A model generated the notes under the pieces. The model ran no database searches, had not been told where the DNA came from, and was given only the letters and a program-made list of their open reading frames with translations. The translations under genes were made by a program, and so were the position numbers. DNA of 64,000 nt. Source: Candidatus Omnitrophota bacterium (lineage in GTDB: Bacteria > Omnitrophota > Gorgyraeia > JAHJTE01). The stretch lies in assembly GCA_040753675.1 (NCBI GenBank), contig JBFMEB010000002.1, positions 41,888 through 105,887 on the forward strand. The letters run 5' to 3'. The first letter of the stretch is position 1, and every line of letters starts with the position of its first letter. Below are positions 51,271-57,677 of this stretch, one piece after another.

Positions 51271-51896
51271 CTTGCCACCTCCTCGCCAAATTCCTGCCTT
51301 ATAACTTCGCCTATAAGAACCGGCTCTTTTAGGCGCTCTTTAAAATTGGATTTTCTGTTTTTAAAGAATTGAGATTGAGAAAAATTCCCCTTTTCTTTAA
51401 TACTTTCTTTATATATATTTCTTTCTTTATTTTGTGTGGTGTCCTGCAAGACACCTTTTAAGGTGTCTTGGGGGACACCACCTGGTGTCTTACAGGACAC
51501 CTCTGGGGTGTCTCTCAAGACACCACCTTTTAAAGTTATCCACAACTTCCACTGTGGATATCTCTTATTTAAGCCAAGGATGTTTTTGGTTCTATTTTTC
51601 TCTTTGACAAGCACTCGGTCGTTGATTAACTGCTCTACTACCTTTTTGACATAGCGCTTGTTTAAGCCGGTTAGATAAGAGATAACTCCGTAACTTATCT
51701 CTGATTTTTTCTTACGCCAGCCATAGGTCTTTCTCATAACGACCAAGAGCACTTTAATCTGGGCAGCAGTGAAAGGATAAGCGATAATTGCCTCTAAAAG
51801 CTCATTGGCAATTCGCGTATGACCTTTCTCAAGCTGGGGGCTACCTATTCTCAAAGTCAAACTCCTTCTGATACCTGATGCCAAATTTATCCTCAA
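51267..51896 (-). CDS. Lambda-O-like replication initiator
   Basis: GHTRIANELLEA, VMRKTYGW.KK...IS, GLNK.Y..W; internal iterons. Confidence 0.82.
   Translation of the reverse strand: MRINLASGIRRSLTLRIGSPQLEKGHTRIANELLEAIIAYPFTAAQIKVLLVVMRKTYGWRKKKSEISYGVISYLTGLNKRYVKKVVEQLINDRVLVKEKNRTKNILGLNKRYPQWKLWITLKGGVLRDTPEVSCKTPGGVPQDTLKGVLQDTTQNKERNIYKESIKEKGNFSQSQFFKNRKSNFKERLKEPVLIGEVIRQEFGEEVAR
51390..51560. repeat. Replication origin inside rep: four palindromic 18-bp iterons, DnaA box, AT-rich tract
   Basis: GGTGTC-N6-GACACC at 51438, 51462, 51484, 51507; TTATCCACA at 51536-51544; AT-rich 51390-51433. Confidence 0.8.
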
Positions 51897-52197
51897 CTGC
51901 CTTGCTTAATCTCTTGGCCCTGTTGGCCACTTCTTTTACTCTTGACCAGTACTGCCTTAGACATTGGAGCGCTTCATCTTTATCTGTGATAAGGTAGAAG
52001 CCGTAAGGGTAATTGACTGATGAGGCAATGGGTATCTCGTGGTAAATGACAAGATTTGCTACTGCTTTTCTAATCTTACGCGATGAGGCTAGGGTCATCC
52101 TTTCTAACTCCTGAACTGTAATAGGATTATCCTTACCCTTATGGCACTCAAGAATATGAAGAATTGTCTGCTCTAAACTGTTCATCTTAGGAGGCAT
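51841..52197 (-). CDS. Winged-helix-type hypothetical protein of phage replication modules
   Basis: GKDNPIT..EL...R.IR..V..L...IPIAS...GFY. Confidence 0.6.
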   Translation of the reverse strand: MPPKMNSLEQTILHILECHKGKDNPITVQELERMTLASSRKIRKAVANLVIYHEIPIASSVNYPYGFYLITDKDEALQCLRQYWSRVKEVANRAKRLSKAVEDKFGIRYQKEFDFENR

Positions 52198-52822
52198 TTT
52201 GTAAGTAACCTTTCAAGATATCGATGAATTTTGAGGCTTGGGATTTAGTTAAATCAGCTGATGAGATAACTCCGAAGTTCTTCTCTAAGATTTCCATATA
52301 GTCCTCATCAGTTAGGTTAAGCCTCAGGCTAAGCATATGGATGTATTTGCTCTGTGAAGGAGTTATCTTTTCTTCATCTGATTTTGGCTTAGGAATTACC
52401 GGCTCTTCTGTATTTGGTTGTCTTGAAAGCGCGTCTTTTACTTCCTCTGCTGTTGCTATACCTCCACCTAAAAGACCAATCCCAAAGAAACCTAAACATC
52501 TGCCGTAGGCGGAGGTCTCAGCATTCTCATAGGGGTTGGATTTATCAACTGTAGTCTGACCATAGGCACCGGCAGAGGCTTCGGCTACTCCGAAGATTTC
52601 TGAGAAAACCTTGACGTAGCAAATGATGTTTCCTTCCGGGTCTTTTTCAAATCTTCTTGAGAATTTGAATTTCTTATTCTGTTCTTTATGTATATCAGTA
52701 AATTCCTTGACTCTGCCGTCGACCATCATATATTCGTTGGTTACGGTCTTATAACTTCCGTCTTCTTGTTTTTGTTTATGGGTTAGCTTCTGGATGAACT
52801 TGGAGTAGTCTTTCTTTTCCAT
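52187..52822 (-). CDS. Putative Rad52/Sak-like single-strand annealing protein
   Basis: Y..V..R, ENAETSAYGRCL...GIG...AT.EEV; C-terminal helical domain. Confidence 0.5.
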   Translation of the reverse strand: MEKKDYSKFIQKLTHKQKQEDGSYKTVTNEYMMVDGRVKEFTDIHKEQNKKFKFSRRFEKDPEGNIICYVKVFSEIFGVAEASAGAYGQTTVDKSNPYENAETSAYGRCLGFFGIGLLGGGIATAEEVKDALSRQPNTEEPVIPKPKSDEEKITPSQSKYIHMLSLRLNLTDEDYMEILEKNFGVISSADLTKSQASKFIDILKGYLQNAS

Positions 52823-52833
52823 TGGGGGCCTCC

Positions 52834-53130
52834 TTATTTTGATTTTGTTGTCCCTGGTTTAAAATTTATGGTCCTCAGTAAACCTTCTATTGCCGGATGA
52901 GGATGAAGATTTTTCTTGTCATCTTTTAGGTCAAAGATAATCCCTGCGCCGAGGATAGTTTCTAACCTGTCCATTGACTTGTAGTAGATATCCTCAATGG
53001 AGTTGGCTATCTCCCAGATGAGTTTATTATCGGCTTTCCGGGTCAGGAATATCCCGCCTAAGCATAATGCGATGTCTTTAAAAGTGTCATTGACTAGTTC
53101 ATAGATTTGGTATTCTTTTGAGCTACGCAT
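52834..53130 (-). CDS. Hypothetical protein, first gene of the replication operon
   Basis: ATG at 53130 after GGAGGTG. Confidence 0.6.
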   Translation of the reverse strand: MRSSKEYQIYELVNDTFKDIALCLGGIFLTRKADNKLIWEIANSIEDIYYKSMDRLETILGAGIIFDLKDDKKNLHPHPAIEGLLRTINFKPGTTKSK

Positions 53131-53202
53131 CTTGTCACCTCCGCTTTTTGTTGCTCTCACCCTTAATATGTCAATCTTGGGGCAAATTGTGACAAAGAAT
53201 TT

Positions 53203-53955
53203 TTAAAATTTTTCCTTGCCAAGATATGTTCGTATGGCTTTTTGTGCCCTTGCTTTCTTTTGGCGGATTGCTGCATAAGATAGACCCTTTAGTTCTTGGG
53301 ATACATCTTTCATGGACCTGCCATAGACCTTGGTAGCCAGAAGGATATATTTATCAGTTTCAGAGATAACGCCTAATTTGACTAAATTATCAAGTAAAGA
53401 AATAATCTCTTGAGGGTCAACTTTAGCCGGTATAGAGGGAATGCATTCTGGATGTATCGCCAATTCCTGCTCAGAGCCGAGTTCTTTAAAAAGGGCTGTA
53501 AAATAATCCCTTAACTTGTTACGCAGCCTGCCTAAGACTTTTGAGGCGAGCTTTGTTTTGTCTTTGTTTAAGTCAATCTGGCTTAATTCTTCAAAGAATA
53601 AGGTTACAATCTGACACCAAAGGTCCAATTCTCCATACGAAGCAAATTGTTTTGCCCTTGATTTAAATTGAAAGAATATCTTGAGCAAACCGGGCCTAAA
53701 AAGAATTAGTAAATATGAACCGACTGACTTAGATTCCTCTTGGGACTGATATTCCAAGATAAGGCTTGATAGGATTTCATCGTTGAGTTTGAAGTTAGGA
53801 TTTCTCTGGTTATGCAGGCAATCTATAAGATCCTGTGGTGTAGGATAGGATTTAATTGAGACGTGTTTTTCTCTGATTGTTTCGTAGAGTGCGATAAATT
53901 TTTCTGATGAGATTTCATTTTCTACTTCCCTTAGAAGCTTTCTGATAGACTCCAT
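53203..53955 (-). CDS. Sigma-factor-like protein
   Basis: C-terminal region-4-like HTH (SMKDVSQEL..SYAAIRQKKARA), region-2-like central helices. Confidence 0.55.
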   Translation of the reverse strand: MESIRKLLREVENEISSEKFIALYETIREKHVSIKSYPTPQDLIDCLHNQRNPNFKLNDEILSSLILEYQSQEESKSVGSYLLILFRPGLLKIFFQFKSRAKQFASYGELDLWCQIVTLFFEELSQIDLNKDKTKLASKVLGRLRNKLRDYFTALFKELGSEQELAIHPECIPSIPAKVDPQEIISLLDNLVKLGVISETDKYILLATKVYGRSMKDVSQELKGLSYAAIRQKKARAQKAIRTYLGKEKF

Positions 53956-54037
53956 AGTTCTCCTCGCCTAGAAAGCCCGCCTGTGGCGGACAGGCAGGGT
54001 CTCGGAGAACCTCGGAGCTTTCTTTTTTAGTTAGTTT

Positions 54038-54202
54038 TTAGAATTTGGTTATGGTTTTACATTTTTTGCATTTGATAGATACTAAGTATCTAGTTTGACG
54101 TTCTGCTATCACATCCTTTCTGTGTTCATTTGCGTCAGAAATAATTTTTCTGGTAGTCTCTGCTAATTTTCTATTACATTTCGGGCAGCGGATTTCATAC
54201 AT
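54038..54202 (-). CDS. Mu Com-like zinc-ribbon protein 1
   Basis: MYEIRCPKCNRKLA...IKCKKCKTITKF. Confidence 0.7.
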   Translation of the reverse strand: MYEIRCPKCNRKLAETTRKIISDANEHRKDVIAERQTRYLVSIKCKKCKTITKF

Positions 54203-54301
54203 TGGTAAATCTCTATAAAAAGAAAAAGCCCAACCCCAGGCTATTACCTGAAATTGGGCCTTCAAACCTAAATAATTGGCTATGGACCTATAAAGACTTT
54301 A

Positions 54302-54448
54302 TTATTTCATAATCTCAACTTTATGTTCGCGCTTACAGCGCTTGCATTTAACATAGATTTCTTTGCCTTTTATAGTAAATAAATACCGGTTACAATCGCA
54401 ACGGACCTCTTTAGTATCAGTGCTTTTGTCTTTAACTAGTACCTTCAT
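54302..54448 (-). CDS. Mu Com-like zinc-ribbon protein 2
   Basis: Not in ORF track; 48 aa ...EVRCDCNRYLF...IYVKCKRCKREH; AGGAGG RBS. Confidence 0.7.
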   Translation of the reverse strand: MKVLVKDKSTDTKEVRCDCNRYLFTIKGKEIYVKCKRCKREHKVEIMK

Positions 54449-54553
54449 AGCAAAATCCTCCTTTCAGCGTGAATATCTTCCAATGGGATTTTGCCAGGGA
54501 GGGGTAGCGTTTCCCGGGAATTCGGGAAGGGCTGGTTCATCTAGCAAGTCAGG

Positions 54554-55168
54554 TTAATATTTTCTGTAGACTCCGATTACTTTGCCAAGGATGCTTATTG
54601 TAGCGTCTTCGGGATGAAAGGCAAAAGGCGGTATTGCAGGGTTTTCCGCCTTTAGGGTTATAGTATCATCATTTTTATAAAAACGCTTTACAGTTGCCTC
54701 ATCATTTATTAAGGCAACCACAATTTCGCCATTTTCTGCTATTGGCTGTTGTTTGACAATTACAAAGTCACCGTTATAGATACCAGCGTTTATCATACTA
54801 TCACCCTGAACTTTTAAGGCAAAAATATTCTCTCCTTTAGCCCAAGTTTTATCTATGGCGACATAGCCTTCGATATTCTCAACAGCTAAGATAGGACTTC
54901 CTGCTGCAACTCTACCTAAAACCGGAACCTCCACTATATCACGTAAGGTCTTTCTAATTCCTGTAAGAAAAATGGCTCGCGCTTTATCTCTTTCTCTCTT
55001 TATATATCCCTTTTTTTCTAAAACAGCCAGGTAATCCTGGGCCGTGCCGAGAGCTTTAAACCCAAAGTGGGCCATTATTTCACGCAGTGTAGGCGTGGAA
55101 TTATTCTTCAGCCAACAGTCTTTAATGAAGTTTAGAATTTGCTTCTGTTTCCTGGTTAGGTCCTGCAT
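54554..55168 (-). CDS. lexA: LexA-type SOS repressor
   Basis: LT.KQ..IL, PTLREI, VAAG cleavage site, GDSM, ATVK; start at MQDLT after GGAGG. Confidence 0.9.
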   Translation of the reverse strand: MQDLTRKQKQILNFIKDCWLKNNSTPTLREIMAHFGFKALGTAQDYLAVLEKKGYIKRERDKARAIFLTGIRKTLRDIVEVPVLGRVAAGSPILAVENIEGYVAIDKTWAKGENIFALKVQGDSMINAGIYNGDFVIVKQQPIAENGEIVVALINDEATVKRFYKNDDTITLKAENPAIPPFAFHPEDATISILGKVIGVYRKY

Positions 55169-55246
55169 TAGAATCTGCCTCCTTCCAGCAAAAGTAATAT
55201 ACCATACATTTGTCTGGGATGTCAAGAAAAAAAATTTCACCCCCTC

Positions 55247-55274
55247 TGTCACAATTCCCATGTTTCTTGACATA
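55247..55274 (+). promoter_or_regulatory. Element-specific motif TGTCACAA-N12-TTGACATA (other copies on minus strand at 39349-39376 and 53167-53194)
   Basis: Three copies, identical in both 8-mers and spacing, each shortly upstream of an RBS and co-oriented with the gene. Confidence 0.8.
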
Positions 55275-55297
55275 CTGTATATGAGGAAGGTAAATCA

Positions 55298-55504
55298 ATG
55301 GAAACCGGGAAAATAGCAAACAAAAAGGGTAGGCCAAGGGGCTCTAAAAAAGAATTCCGTATTACATACGAAATAGTGCCTCCTGGCACTATAAAAAGCG
55401 ACCTACCCATACCTCAGAAAACTCCCGACGAACGTTGGGAAGAAATAGTCGAAATTTGTTCTGCCATTATAGCCGAAGCTTATCAGAAAAAAGATTTTAA
55501 TTGA
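55298..55504 (+). CDS. Small AT-hook-containing protein upstream of the recombinase
   Basis: KKGRPRGSKK; GAGGAAGG RBS. Confidence 0.6.
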   Translation: METGKIANKKGRPRGSKKEFRITYEIVPPGTIKSDLPIPQKTPDERWEEIVEICSAIIAEAYQKKDFN

Positions 55505-55560
55505 CATTTAGATACGTTCGGTTTACCATATGGTATCGTATATAACAATTAGGGAATTAG

Positions 55561-57210
55561 ATGAGCATAAAAAAGTGCGCACTATACATAAGGGTCTCTA
55601 CCTCACGACAGGCAAGTGTTGAAGATGGTTCTTTAAAGGCTCAGGAAGCCAGATTAAAAGCCTATGTAGATTATGAAAATACCAATAAAGGCGGCGACTG
55701 GGAAATAGCCGATATATATCGTGAGGAAGGGCGCTCAGCCAAAGATCTAAAACGACCTGAGTTTCAACGGCTTTTAGTAGATATAGAAGCCGGTAAAATA
55801 AACACCATTGTAATCTGGAAGATAGACCGCCTTACCAGATCCCTAAAGGACTTCTCCACCCTCTGGGAATTATTCAAAGAAAAAGGAATCCAGCTTATCT
55901 CCCTCAATGAAAAATTTGATACGAGCACAGCCCTGGGAAGGGCAATGATTAGCATTATCCTTGTTTTCGCCCAGCTTGAGCGAGAACAAACCGGAGAAAG
56001 AACTGCTGCAACAATGCAATACAGGGCGGAAAAGGGACTCTGGAATGGCGGTAGGATAATCGGCTATGACCTCGACCCAAACAATAAGGGCTCCCTTAAA
56101 ATAAATCGTGAGCAAATGGCAATAGTAAAAAAGGCCTTTGACCTTTGTATAGAAAAGGGTTCAGCAGGACAAGTGCAAAGAACACTTAACGACCTCGGCT
56201 ATAGAATGCCTACCTATAAATCAAGGCGCGGCAAAGAGCACGGCAACAACCTCTTTACCAAGCAGGCAGTTATAAGAATGCTTACTAACTCTGTTTATGT
56301 TGGTAAAATAAACTGGGGTGGTAAACTTTATCAAGGAAAACACCAAGGAACAATAGATGAAAAGAAATTTTTGAAGATACAGGAAATACTACGACAAAAT
56401 AGAAAGAGAAAGACTAATGATAAGTTACCACGGCAACACGTATATCTCTTGCAAGGCATTCTCCGCTGTGGAAAATGCGGTTCAATGATGACACCAAAAG
56501 GTGGCATAAACGGTTCCGGACACCCATACCACTATTATCAATGTACAAAAAATAGCCATATAGGGAATATTGCCTGCAAAGCTAAATACGTCCCGGCAAA
56601 ATCAATCGAGAATTTTGTCGTAGAAAGAGTAAAAGAGCTGACTACAAACGAAGAAGAAATTGCAAAGATGGTAAAAAATGCTAATAAATATAGTGATACA
56701 CAATTAAAGAAATTAATTGAAGATAAACAGAGCTTACAGAAGGCTATCCACCAAGTAAAAGAGAAACTTAACGCAATGGTCGACACTATAGAGAACGAAG
56801 GCGCTAAAGCTTTTAAGACTTTGCAAGAAAGAATGGCTGCATTGGAAAAACAGCGTGAAGAGTTAGAAAAGAAACTTGAGGTAATAGACTTTGAGGCTAC
56901 AAAAATCGAGCAGGAAAGAGTCAGTGCAGAAATAATGCAGGAGCACTTTAAATCCTTTAGGGATGTCGTTAAAAAGGCTGATGCTCAAAAACTAAAAGAG
57001 CTTCTTTTTCAAATCATAGAAATCATACAATGGCATGAAAATCCTGATGATAGCTCCTCAGGACACTGCAAGATTAGTTATTTCGAACAACCCCGCTTAA
57101 TTATTCCCCAAAATAAACTGAGCGAACAAGGTGGTAACCTACTGTTCGCTCAGAGTGACAACTGGCTCCCCCGCGAGGACTCGAACCTCGGACATGGTGG
57201 TTACACTTAA
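55561..57210 (+). CDS. Large serine recombinase (integrase)
   Basis: YIRVST catalytic Ser, DRLTRS, recombinase domain, zinc ribbon CGKCG...YYQC...C, coiled coil; last codons run antisense through tRNA exon 2. Confidence 0.95.
   Translation: MSIKKCALYIRVSTSRQASVEDGSLKAQEARLKAYVDYENTNKGGDWEIADIYREEGRSAKDLKRPEFQRLLVDIEAGKINTIVIWKIDRLTRSLKDFSTLWELFKEKGIQLISLNEKFDTSTALGRAMISIILVFAQLEREQTGERTAATMQYRAEKGLWNGGRIIGYDLDPNNKGSLKINREQMAIVKKAFDLCIEKGSAGQVQRTLNDLGYRMPTYKSRRGKEHGNNLFTKQAVIRMLTNSVYVGKINWGGKLYQGKHQGTIDEKKFLKIQEILRQNRKRKTNDKLPRQHVYLLQGILRCGKCGSMMTPKGGINGSGHPYHYYQCTKNSHIGNIACKAKYVPAKSIENFVVERVKELTTNEEEIAKMVKNANKYSDTQLKKLIEDKQSLQKAIHQVKEKLNAMVDTIENEGAKAFKTLQERMAALEKQREELEKKLEVIDFEATKIEQERVSAEIMQEHFKSFRDVVKKADAQKLKELLFQIIEIIQWHENPDDSSSGHCKISYFEQPRLIIPQNKLSEQGGNLLFAQSDNWLPREDSNLGHGGYT
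57110..57153 (-). terminator. Replacement tRNA terminator encoded inside the recombinase ORF
   Basis: CTGAGCGAACA...TGTTCGCTCAG stem (57118-57153) followed on the minus strand by TTTATTTT. Confidence 0.6.
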
Positions 57211-57513
57211 CCCGAAATTACTTTCGGAAGTGGACTATATTATTGCCGGCGACTTTACGTTTCGGCAGCGGGTATATAGTCTCTGCACATTTACTCCGAT
57301 TTCTCGAAGACTTAGCTCAGGATTACCCCTGCTGTTTCGTTTTGCTTCGCAAAAGCGAAACAAAACGACAGGGGTTTCCCTGAATTAGCCCGCTTTTTCA
57401 TCTACGGTTTCCCGTAGAAGCTGCCATTTAAGATCCCTCGGCTTCGCCTCGGGATCAAATCCGCCTTTGGCGGATTTGACAGCCACCCGCTCTACCAACT
57501 GAGCTACAGGGGA
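57163..57513 (-). tRNA. tRNA-Asn(GUU), intron-containing; exons 57479-57513 (35 nt) and 57163-57203 (41 nt)
   Basis: Spliced 76-mer TCCCCTGTAGCTCAGTTGGTAGAGCGGGTGGCTGT|TAACCACCATGTCCGAGGTTCGAGTCCTCGCGGGGGAGCCA folds as a full cloverleaf with encoded CCA. Confidence 0.93.
57204..57478 (-). ncRNA. Group I self-splicing intron, 275 nt, no ORF
   Basis: Exon ends in U, intron ends in G; IGS GGCAGC pairs with GCUGU|C; P AATTCAGGGAA, Q AATCCTGAGC, R GTGCAGAGACTA, S AATATAGTCC; P3 GCGGG/CCCGC, P7 GACTA/TAGTC. Confidence 0.92.
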
Positions 57514-57677
57514 ATTATTTTTTGTTCTATTATTTTATCTCAATGGGTGGATTAGTCAAGCAGAAAACCGGAGGCGCCGAGTCCGAGCGGGGGGAGTTTC
57601 CATTTTTTAACCCACTATGATATAATATATTGCAGTGGGTTTTTCTTTTAGCCAAGGTTTAAAGAGGAGAGGAAAAG

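Larger units (their letters stand above)
27419..57171. mobile_element. ~29.75 kb integrative element in tRNA-Asn, bounded by direct repeat TGGCTCCCC
   Basis: Core at 27419-27427 and 57163-57171; serine recombinase at right end; rep, LexA, nucleases and cargo inside; left boundary could alternatively be 27215. Confidence 0.85.

Noticed and set aside
51438-51524. Regularly spaced palindromes as a CRISPR array
   Set aside because: Spacers only 4-6 bp, inside a rep ORF, no cas operon; these are iterons. No CRISPR array seen in the window
57129-57142. GGTGGTAACC in the terminator loop resembling the anticodon arm
   Set aside because: Too short to distinguish from chance
46213-57210. Complete prophage or ICE
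   Set aside because: No terminase, portal, capsid, tail, relaxase, VirB4 or coupling protein recognised
57131-57388. 85-aa ORF across the intron as a homing endonuclease
   Set aside because: Antisense to the intron, short, no LAGLIDADG/HNH/GIY-YIG motif
57163-57513. Reading the tRNA as Asp(GUC), since exon 1 continues CT-GTC-AA
   Set aside because: That split would leave an intron ending in T and no U-G splice pair; the GT|T split gives terminal G, correct P1 and an Asn-type acceptor stem
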